From an uncultured Verrucomicrobiae bacterium (GTDB lineage Bacteria; Verrucomicrobiota; Verrucomicrobiia; Chthoniobacterales; UBA10450): a stretch of DNA of 64,000 bases. Positions 28,010-36,130 of this stretch are shown here, piece after piece. The notes below the pieces were generated by a model, which did no database searches, was not told the DNA's origin, and saw only the letters and a program-made list of their open reading frames with translations. The number at the start of each line of letters is the position of its first letter. Positions within the stretch are counted from its first letter, which is position 1. The DNA is taken from the NCBI GenBank assembly GCA_963735805.1, contig CAVTMK010000002.1:128001-192000 (forward strand), written 5' to 3'. The translations under genes and the position numbers were made by a program.

Positions 28010-29269
28010 ATGAAAGACGAGTCAAGAACAATTCAAGCCGTCGGGAGCTTCCTGTTCGGTGTTGCTTTGCTGATCACAGCGTGCTCGCGGCCTGGCTCCA
28101 CGGCTGACTCGTCGGCGCTCAAGCCGATCGACAAGGCTGCGTTGCAGAACATGGTGGACACCACCGCCAAGGAACTCCTGGTGCCCGGCGCCGTACTCCT
28201 CCTGCGCACACCGCAGGGCGAGTTCAAGGTCACATACGGCACCACACAACTTGGCACGACGAGCCCGCCCCACGCCGACACCCACTTCCGGATCGCCTCG
28301 AACACGAAGTCGATGACGGCCGCGGTAATCGTGCAACTGGCGCAGGAAGGCAAGCTCAGTCTCGATGATCCGGTCTCGAAGTACGTCTCGAGCGTCCCCA
28401 ATGGCGACAACATCACGATCGACGAACTGCTAAAGATGCGCAGCGGACTCTACAACTACACTGATGCTCCCGAGCTCGCGGCCACCGTGGATCGTGACCC
28501 GACCAAGGTCTGGACCACAGAGGAGTTGCTAGCCATCGCGTTCGCGCGGCCGCCCAACTTTCCGCCTGGTACCGCCTACGAATACAACAACACCAACTAC
28601 ACGCTTCTCGGCCTCATCGCCGAGAAGGTCGATGGCAAACCACTGGATCGGGCGATGCAGGACCGGTTGTTCGGGCCGCTGGGGATGCACGACACTCTCC
28701 TCCCTCCTCGCACTTCGAACACCATCCCCGATCCCTACTCCCACGGCTACTTGTACGGCAGTTCCTTATTTGTCCTGACGGACACGCCGTACCCGCCCGA
28801 AATCCAAGCCGCGGCACGGGCCGAGACGCTCCTGCCCACTGACTACACGAACCTGAACCCCTCTTTTGCTTATTTTCCCGGGGGCGTCATCTCCACCGCC
28901 AACGATCTGGCCATCTGGATCGAGGCACTGGTTGCCGGGCGCGTCTTCAATGCCGCATATCAGCGCCGCTGGCTCGACAGCCTGCAGGCCAAGGACCCGA
29001 GCATGCCCAACGGTCAGCAGTACGGGTACGGCATGGAGCGACTGCGCTGGGGCCCGAACGCGGTATATTTTCACGGCGGCGAGACTCCTGGCTACAATTC
29101 GCACATGGGTTACGACCCCAACAGCCGGGTGACGTTTGTGACGTGGACCAACCTGCCCATATCGGTCGAAGGCAAGTGGACGTCTCTGGCCCTGATGCAA
29201 AAAATATGGGATCAGATCTACGTGGTATCACCACTGACCGCTTTTCCATCGCCGACCGCCACCCCTTAG
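28010..29269 (+). CDS. Serine hydrolase lipoprotein (beta-lactamase class C / D-Ala-D-Ala carboxypeptidase fold)
   Basis: FRIASNTK (SxxK), YNN (YxN), HGG and ITAC lipobox. Confidence 0.88.
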   Translation: MKDESRTIQAVGSFLFGVALLITACSRPGSTADSSALKPIDKAALQNMVDTTAKELLVPGAVLLLRTPQGEFKVTYGTTQLGTTSPPHADTHFRIASNTKSMTAAVIVQLAQEGKLSLDDPVSKYVSSVPNGDNITIDELLKMRSGLYNYTDAPELAATVDRDPTKVWTTEELLAIAFARPPNFPPGTAYEYNNTNYTLLGLIAEKVDGKPLDRAMQDRLFGPLGMHDTLLPPRTSNTIPDPYSHGYLYGSSLFVLTDTPYPPEIQAAARAETLLPTDYTNLNPSFAYFPGGVISTANDLAIWIEALVAGRVFNAAYQRRWLDSLQAKDPSMPNGQQYGYGMERLRWGPNAVYFHGGETPGYNSHMGYDPNSRVTFVTWTNLPISVEGKWTSLALMQKIWDQIYVVSPLTAFPSPTATP

Positions 29270-29379
29270 CGACGGCGAGCCGACGCTCGATGTTGTTCGA
29301 GCCGTAGATGTACACGCATCATGAGGGTTATCTGTCAGTAATACCGATATATCCTCCGTCGATTTCGGTAATCGCCTGG

Positions 29380-30177
29380 TTACTCGCTCGCGTGGACGAT
29401 GTAGCTGCCGACTTGTTTGTCGCGCTCCAGCTTTAGCAGCCCACGCTTTTGCGCTTCGAGGAGCAGTTCGTTGAAGGCACGGAACCCATGCGCTCGCTCG
29501 TTGAAACCGGGGTTCTGACGTTTCATCGCCTGTTTCATCAGTGAGCCGCGGATCGGATAATCCTCGCCTCGTTCTGCGCGCAGCGCTTCCAGGGTTTTCC
29601 TCAGAAGATCGAGCGCTCCGTCGATTGAGGGTCGATGATCTTTACCAGTTTTCGCTGTTGGCGCGGACGCGGCAACGCTCGGACGTTTCTTTGCCGGCTC
29701 CACGCGCACGAGATCGTCGTAATAGATGAATTCGTCGCAGTTGCTGATGAACAGATCGGACGTGGACCTTTTAACGCCGACGCCGATGACCGTCTTGTCG
29801 TTCTCGCGCAATTTGCTGACGAGCGGCGAAAAGTCCGAATCGCCGCTAATGATGACGAAGGTGTCGACGTGACTCTTGGTGTAACAGAGATCGAGCGCAT
29901 CAACGACCATGCGGATGTCGGCGGAGTTTTTGCCGGACTGGCGCACATGCGGGATCTCGATGAGCTCGAAGGCCGCTTCGTGCAGCCCACGCTTAAACGT
30001 CTTGTAGCGCTCAAAATCGCAGTAGGCTTTCTTGACCACGATTTGGCCCTTGAGCAGCAGACGCTCGAGGACCTTGCGGATGTCGAACGCGGGAAAGTCC
30101 GCGTCGTGCGCGCCCAGCGCGATGTTTTCCAGGTCGAGGAACACAGCCATCGTGGCGTCAGAATCTTGCACACTCAT
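29380..30177 (-). CDS. NYN domain protein with C-terminal OST-HTH/LOTUS domain
   Basis: FLDLEN, GKNSADI.MVVDA, SGDSDF and P.FNE..HGFR.F..LL motifs. Confidence 0.9.
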   Translation of the reverse strand: MSVQDSDATMAVFLDLENIALGAHDADFPAFDIRKVLERLLLKGQIVVKKAYCDFERYKTFKRGLHEAAFELIEIPHVRQSGKNSADIRMVVDALDLCYTKSHVDTFVIISGDSDFSPLVSKLRENDKTVIGVGVKRSTSDLFISNCDEFIYYDDLVRVEPAKKRPSVAASAPTAKTGKDHRPSIDGALDLLRKTLEALRAERGEDYPIRGSLMKQAMKRQNPGFNERAHGFRAFNELLLEAQKRGLLKLERDKQVGSYIVHASE

Positions 30178-30259
30178 CAGGCTATGATGTTAGCGACATC
30201 GGGGTCTTGAGACAGCGAAAATTGAGCCAGCAACATCAATTGGCGATTGTTTCGGGGGG

Positions 30260-30465
30260 AGCCGCAGTCCGTGACAGCTCCGAAAGCGTTCGCGAGCAGG
30301 CGGGCCACAAAGGATTCCGCAGTCGTGACAGCTCCGAAAACGTTCGCCCACCGCTCTCCACGTCGAGCAAGCTTTGGGTAAACTGAACAGGCGGGCTACA
30401 AACGATTCCGCAGTCATCGACAGCGGCTACAGTATTTTGCGGTCGCTGCGGCGACTGCCACTACA
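30260..30465. repeat. Cluster of REPs with nested inserts
   Basis: Three CCGCAGTC..GACAGC units plus a CTGCCACTACA unit. Confidence 0.8.
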
Positions 30466-30781
30466 AGTGATCCGAGGTGAGCAGGAGTCGTTTAACTGGT
30501 TGGCTTTTAACAAGTCCATCCACAATTTCCGGGACGTCGGCGACCGTGACGCGCCCGTAAAAAAAGTGGTCGGGCTCGACTAAAACCGTCACGCCGGTGT
30601 CGCATTGGTCGAGACAGCTCGATGTGCAGACGCGCGCCTCCAGCTTTGCGAGTCCGCGCGCGGCAACTTCTGCTTTCAACGCTGCATACACTTCTTCGGA
30701 GTCTTTCAGCGCGCAGCATCCTTTCGGGTTGTCATCAGCCCGACGATTGATGCAGACAAAGAGGTAACGCTTGCGTTGCAT
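30461..30781 (-). CDS. Thioredoxin-like [2Fe-2S] ferredoxin
   Basis: FVC.N.R......CC, CLDQC..G..V.V.P...FY motifs. Confidence 0.88.
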   Translation of the reverse strand: MQRKRYLFVCINRRADDNPKGCCALKDSEEVYAALKAEVAARGLAKLEARVCTSSCLDQCDTGVTVLVEPDHFFYGRVTVADVPEIVDGLVKSQPVKRLLLTSDHL

Positions 30782-31069
30782 GGAAGGTGAGAGTCGAAGA
30801 AATCGAGCAAGAGGTCAAAGGCCAAAGTACCTCAAAGTAAGAGGTAAGAATGCAAAAGGAAGAACCGGACTTTGCCATCTATGTCGCTCGCGTCGCCCGC
30901 GGCTTCGTTCGCGAGGGGAGCTTTTGGCCGCAACGACGCGCAGGATGAGCAACGTATTCAACTTTGAATTGGCTATTATCGCGCGGCTCTCACGCTTGTG
31001 ACTACTGGCTCTATGCAGATTCATTTTGTTGCTGCGATGCTGTTTTGATTTTGGTAAACGATTTCGTAA

Positions 31070-33307
31070 GTGACGTTCCCCATTTGGTTCTCAGCTGCCT
31101 TGATCACAGCGAGTGTTGCAACCGCAGCTGCCAAAGCTCAGAACGCTGCGCAGTGGCTGAGCCCGGCGGAAGAATGGGTCGTCACGCAGACGAAGGCTGG
31201 TGAAATCGCTGATCTAACCAAGCAATTCCCAGAGAAAGACAAACGAAAGCTCAGCGCGCATTTTTTAGAGGAGTTACTCACGGGCGTGCTACCGGGTATC
31301 AAGCTGCATCGACATGGTGTCCGAATCATTGGCGCAACCATTGACGAGCCAATCGACCTCGAAAATGCGCAGATCCCTTGTGAGGCCTGGTTGGAGCATT
31401 GCCAATTCAATGCCAGCGCGAATTTCAACGGTACGAGTTCCGCGGGGACCATCTCATTCGAGAACAGCACGTTTAAGACAGAGGCGCACTTCAACAGCAT
31501 GAAAGTCCGAGGCGACGCCTTTTTCAACGGTGCCGCCTTCGAGGGACAGATAGACTTCATCCTGGCAGACGTCACCCGTAATTTAGAAGCGAATGGGGCA
31601 AAGTTTCAGAACAAGGAAAGGGAAGCCAACTTCAACAGTATGAAAGTCGGAGGCTATGCCTCTTTTAAGAGTGCAGTCTTCGAAGGAGCGGCGGACTTTG
31701 GCTCGGCAGATATCGCCGGCAATTTGCAAGCGCAGGGCACCAGGTTTCAGAACAAAGAAGCGGAAGCCAACTTCAGCAGCATGAAAATCGGAGGCGACGC
31801 CTCGTTCAATGATGTGGTTTTCGAAGGGCCGGTAACCTTCATGCTGGCAGACATCGCCGGTAATTTTAGTGGACACGGCGCAAGGTTTCAGAACAAGGAA
31901 AAGGGAGCCAGCTTCAACAGTTTAAAAGTCCGAGGCTACGCCTTTTTCTTGAGCAGTGCGGTCTTCGAAGGGGCGGCGGACTTCGGCTCAGCAAACATCG
32001 CTACCACTTTCGCTGCGCCGGGGGCCAAGTTTCAGAACAAGGAAAAGCAAGCCAACTTCGGCGACATGAAGGTCGGAGGGTACGCCTTCTTCAACGATGC
32101 GGTGTTCGAGGGGCCGGTAAATTTCGGCCTGGCAGAAATCGCCACCGCTCTCTCTGCAAATCAGGCAAAGTTTAAGAACAAAGAAACGGAAGCCAACTTC
32201 AGTAGCATGAAGGTCGGAGGCCACGCCTTTTTCAACGATGCGGTGTTCGAAGGGCCGGTGAATTTCGTCCTGACGGACATCGCCGGCGCTTTCCATGCGA
32301 ATGGGGCAAAGTTTCACAACAAGGAAAGCGAAGCCAACTTCAACAGCATGAAGATCCGGGGCGACGCCTTCTTCGAAAATGCAGTATTCGAAGGACCTGC
32401 GAATTTCGTTTCGGCAGATATCGCGAGCAATTTGCAAGCGCAAGGCGCCAGGTTTCAGAACAAGGAGAAGTACGCCAGCTTCGGCGGCATGAAAGTCGGA
32501 GGGTACGCCGTTTTCAGCGATGCGGTATTCGAAGGACCGGTTAACTTCGTCGGCGCAAACGTCGCCGGCAATTTCGCAGCGGGAAAAGCAAAGTTTAAGA
32601 ACAAAGAACAGGATGCCGGTTTCGGCGCCATTAAGTTTGGAGGATACGCCTTTTTCAATGATGCGGTGTTCCAAGGGCCGGTCAACTTCAACTACGCCGA
32701 CTTTGCCTGGCTCGATCTGTCGAAGACTGTCTTGCCAAAGGTCGCCGCCAAATTCCATATGCAGGGAATGAGCTACAAATACATTCGTGCGGCTCCCAAC
32801 GAACCCGAATCACATAGAGCGCTTTTGGAATTGGCGGACCAGTCGGCTTACAGCGCCGATGTGTACAATCATCTCGAAGAATTTTTTCTTCGACAGGGTT
32901 ATCGTGACGATGCCGATCGCGCTTTCATTGAAGGAAAGCGCCGCGAACGAAAAGAAAATCTTCACGGCTTCAGTTGGGTCGGGAGTTGCTTGATCGATTG
33001 GCTTGTGGGCTATGGGCGTCGTCCGTGGCAGGCTGGCATTCCTTGCGCAGCGTTGATCGCATTAGGCTGCGTCCTTTTCTCGCCCAGAAAAATGGAACCG
33101 CAAAAACCAGACGACACGCCCCGGGTTTACAGTCGCTTCTGGTATAGCCTGGGCTTGTTCCTTCCCTTCGTGGATCTCCAGGCGGATAAAGTCTGGAAGC
33201 CAAAGGCCGATCAGACTTTTCTAAGAAATTATATGCGTGTGCACATAATGCTGGGATGGATTCTGGTTCCCCTCGTTCTTGCCGCGCTAACGGGTCTCAT
33301 CAAGTAA
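31070..33307 (+). CDS. Beta-solenoid (pentapeptide-like) repeat protein with C-terminal membrane domain
   Basis: About nine 47-aa units (141-bp period); C-terminal VGYG.RP...YSL..FLP.VDL...GWIL segment. Confidence 0.8.
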   Translation: MTFPIWFSAALITASVATAAAKAQNAAQWLSPAEEWVVTQTKAGEIADLTKQFPEKDKRKLSAHFLEELLTGVLPGIKLHRHGVRIIGATIDEPIDLENAQIPCEAWLEHCQFNASANFNGTSSAGTISFENSTFKTEAHFNSMKVRGDAFFNGAAFEGQIDFILADVTRNLEANGAKFQNKEREANFNSMKVGGYASFKSAVFEGAADFGSADIAGNLQAQGTRFQNKEAEANFSSMKIGGDASFNDVVFEGPVTFMLADIAGNFSGHGARFQNKEKGASFNSLKVRGYAFFLSSAVFEGAADFGSANIATTFAAPGAKFQNKEKQANFGDMKVGGYAFFNDAVFEGPVNFGLAEIATALSANQAKFKNKETEANFSSMKVGGHAFFNDAVFEGPVNFVLTDIAGAFHANGAKFHNKESEANFNSMKIRGDAFFENAVFEGPANFVSADIASNLQAQGARFQNKEKYASFGGMKVGGYAVFSDAVFEGPVNFVGANVAGNFAAGKAKFKNKEQDAGFGAIKFGGYAFFNDAVFQGPVNFNYADFAWLDLSKTVLPKVAAKFHMQGMSYKYIRAAPNEPESHRALLELADQSAYSADVYNHLEEFFLRQGYRDDADRAFIEGKRRERKENLHGFSWVGSCLIDWLVGYGRRPWQAGIPCAALIALGCVLFSPRKMEPQKPDDTPRVYSRFWYSLGLFLPFVDLQADKVWKPKADQTFLRNYMRVHIMLGWILVPLVLAALTGLIK

Positions 33308-33478
33308 AACGACCGCGTCAATCCGCAAACGGACGGAAATCATAAAACTAAGTCGGCTCCTTGGCTTGGAGACAGGTCTGCCGCGGTCAGCGCCCGCGGC
33401 TACAAGGTTGCAGTCACGGCGGCGACCGTCGCCACAACGCGCAGCTTGCAATCGTGGAAGGCGACTGCTTCGCTCTGA

Positions 33479-33928
33479 TTGATGAGCAAATCGTATCTTC
33501 TTTGGGCCCTCATCGGGATGATCGGCTACTCGGTGACGGCAACTCTGGTCAAGCTGGCTACTCAGAGCGGGCGATTCTCCAGTTATTTCGTTCTTATGAT
33601 TTCCTCCGCCATGGTGGTGGCGACCTCAACCACCATCACCGTCCTCCGCGGAGACATTAAAACATTCTCCCGGGACAATCTTGCCAGCGCCGACGGCATG
33701 TTTGCGCTCGGCGCGGGCGTCACGTTGGTAATTGCGGTTGTCTTTTATTTCCTCGCGTTATCTCAAGGGCCGACCAGCGTTGTCGTCCCGATCTATGGCA
33801 TGTTCGTCGTTGTCGGCGCCGTGCTGGGATTGGTTTTCCTGCACGAACCGTTCACCGTGCGCAAAGCTCTCGGTATCCTCCTCGCCGCCGTTAGTATTTA
33901 TCTTATCGCAGGCCAGCCGGGACGGTGA
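33479..33928 (+). CDS. EamA/DMT family transporter
   Basis: ALSQGP.SVVVPI and LG.VFLHEP.T..K.LGI motifs. Confidence 0.85.
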   Translation: MMSKSYLLWALIGMIGYSVTATLVKLATQSGRFSSYFVLMISSAMVVATSTTITVLRGDIKTFSRDNLASADGMFALGAGVTLVIAVVFYFLALSQGPTSVVVPIYGMFVVVGAVLGLVFLHEPFTVRKALGILLAAVSIYLIAGQPGR

Positions 33929-34098
33929 AGCGATGACGGATTAAAATCGAAGGCCGCAGTCAACGACAGCGGCTACAGCGCGCTCACTCATGCATCGTGA
34001 GCCGCTTATGATGCGATTAGATAACAGCCGCAGTCAGCGACAGCTCTGAAAGTTTTGAAGAATGAGCCCGTTTCCGTCCCGTTGTTGCATTAAGGAGT

Positions 34099-35271
34099 AT
34101 GAAACACTTCTATTTCACAAAAAGAAAACTCCGGCTTGTGCCGGCAACAATCACCGCGCTCGCGCTGGCAATATCCATTCCACTGTCTGCGCAAACCATT
34201 ATCACCTTTGACGCGCCGGGGGCGGGCACGGGGCCCAATCAGGGCACTTATGCCCTGGACATCGAGCCGTCGGGGACAACCATAGGATTCATCCGTGGCG
34301 CGAACGACGTGCGACACGGTTTCATCCGGTCCCACGATGGCAGGTTCACCATCTTCGACGCGCCGGGGGCGGGCACAGCAGCCGGTCAGGGGACACGAGC
34401 GTACTCCACAAACGCGACTGGAAGTATTACGGGGCATTTCACTGACTCGGCTGATACTGCTCACGGCTACGTTCGCTCTAATCAAGGCGTGATTACCGTC
34501 TTCGATGCGCCTGGCGCGGGCACGGGAATCAACCGGGGCACCTTTCCTTTTAACAGCCCAAACCTAATCAGCCCGGACGGGACGATCACGGGATACTACG
34601 TTGACTCCGCTCTCGTGAATCACGGCTTCGTAAGGGACAGGAACGGCGCCATCACCACGTTCGATGCGCCGGGTGCGGGCACCGGAGCCAGCCAGGGTAC
34701 GCAACCTTTCGCGATCAACGACAACGGCGAGATCACAGGATTCTATTTCGACGGTACCAGTGCAGTCCACGGCTTCCTGCGGGACAGGAGGGGCAGGATC
34801 ACGACATTCGATGTTCCGGGCGGGGGCACAGGCCCTTTCCAAGGTACGTATGCCGGAGGTTTTACTCCGAACGGAACGATCATGGGAGTCCTCTTTGACG
34901 CCAACTATTTGAGTCATGGTTTCGTGCTGGATAAACATGGCACAGCTACGGTGTTCGATGCTCCGGATGGCGGCACCGTCCCAAATTCCTTCCAAGGTAC
35001 CTATCCTTGGGGAGTCAATCCGAGTGGAGCGATTACTGGATGGTATGTTGACGATTCAAATGTGAATCACGGCTTTGTGCGCGATAAACACGGCGCCATT
35101 GTTGAGTTCGACGTTCCGGGCGCAGGCACCGGGGCCGGCCAGGGTCCGAACGTCTACAGCATTTCTCCAAACGGCACGGCGGTCGGATTTTTCTTCGATG
35201 CGAACAACGTGGTTCACGGATTTGTGCGAGAAGGGCATGGCTGCGCGATGGGCCAATTTTCTCAGCAGTAA
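34099..35271 (+). CDS. Secreted 7-repeat beta-propeller-like protein
   Basis: AAGGAG RBS, signal peptide, seven TFDAPGAGTG...HGF repeats. Confidence 0.8.
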   Translation: MKHFYFTKRKLRLVPATITALALAISIPLSAQTIITFDAPGAGTGPNQGTYALDIEPSGTTIGFIRGANDVRHGFIRSHDGRFTIFDAPGAGTAAGQGTRAYSTNATGSITGHFTDSADTAHGYVRSNQGVITVFDAPGAGTGINRGTFPFNSPNLISPDGTITGYYVDSALVNHGFVRDRNGAITTFDAPGAGTGASQGTQPFAINDNGEITGFYFDGTSAVHGFLRDRRGRITTFDVPGGGTGPFQGTYAGGFTPNGTIMGVLFDANYLSHGFVLDKHGTATVFDAPDGGTVPNSFQGTYPWGVNPSGAITGWYVDDSNVNHGFVRDKHGAIVEFDVPGAGTGAGQGPNVYSISPNGTAVGFFFDANNVVHGFVREGHGCAMGQFSQQ

Positions 35272-35420
35272 TCCGGATCGATCGATGCTGCTAAACCAGA
35301 GTCTTCCTGAATCATCGACAACAAAAGATTGAGATTCAGCCCGGTGGACCTGAAAAACCGGTCCATCGGGCGGTCTCGTTTAAACAGTGCACGAAGAAAG
35401 AATTTAGTATCGACCCGTTT

Positions 35421-36116
35421 ATGGTGCGACGTGTTGTAGAGTTCCGAGAAGACATCGACGCGCAGGACGAAGAGGTCTGGCTGGACGCCTCGCCACGGGA
35501 TGCGCTAGGTTTTGCCGTTATGGCAAGGGTTCGCACTGAGAGGCCCATGCCGTCCGCCGCGGCTCCGTTGACTTCGCCTCTGGTGCGTGAGGCGAATCAT
35601 GCCCGGCGGAACGATGCCGCTGCGATTAGCGAGATGATGCCGGAGGTTTACGAAGACTTGCGTCGTCTGGCTGAGACCTTTCTGCGGGGCGAACGGACCG
35701 CTCATACTCTTCAGCGAACAGCGCTCGTGCATGAGGCTTTTCTTCGCCTGATCGGCGAGGAGAATCTAATCTGGCAAAATCGCAGTCACTTTATCGGAAT
35801 CTTCGCGCGGGTGATGCGACAGACGCTGACTAACTACGCGGTGGCGCGACACCGTTTGAAACGTGGCGGCTCGGATCCTCTGAGACTTACTCTCGAATTT
35901 TACGACAGGAGCAAAATTGATGTGACTGCGCTCGACGAGGCGTTGCACGCGCTGGAAGCTCTGGACGAGCGGCAGACGCGCATCGTGGAACTGCGGTTTT
36001 TCGCCGGGCTGACTGTCGAGGAAACAGCCGAGTTACTGGAAATTTCGCCGGCCACGGTGAAGCGGGACTGGACCCTGGCGAAAATTTGGCTCCGGCGAGA
36101 ACTATCTGTGAATTAG
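35421..36116 (+). CDS. ECF sigma factor, TIGR02999 (Rhodopirellula/Verrucomicrobium) type; start uncertain
   Basis: VY.DLRRLA...ER..HTLQ.TALVHEAFLRL, VELRFFAGLT.EE.A and TVKRDW motifs. Confidence 0.9.
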   Translation: MVRRVVEFREDIDAQDEEVWLDASPRDALGFAVMARVRTERPMPSAAAPLTSPLVREANHARRNDAAAISEMMPEVYEDLRRLAETFLRGERTAHTLQRTALVHEAFLRLIGEENLIWQNRSHFIGIFARVMRQTLTNYAVARHRLKRGGSDPLRLTLEFYDRSKIDVTALDEALHALEALDERQTRIVELRFFAGLTVEETAELLEISPATVKRDWTLAKIWLRRELSVN

Positions 36117-36130
36117 AGATCAAATTCTTC

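Noticed and set aside
28010..29269. Antibiotic-resistance beta-lactamase
   Set aside because: SxxK and YxN are shared by the whole serine-hydrolase family; substrate cannot be inferred. The same applies to the MBL-fold gene at 45007-46050.
20600..31000. Classical integron with attC sites
   Set aside because: No intI, no RYYYAAC...GTTRRRY-bounded palindromes seen, and genes lie in mixed orientations.
31988..32758. Long antisense ORFs (also 14730-15470, 29635-30210, 55300-55857 and others)
   Set aside because: Shadow frames of well-supported genes in GC-rich DNA.
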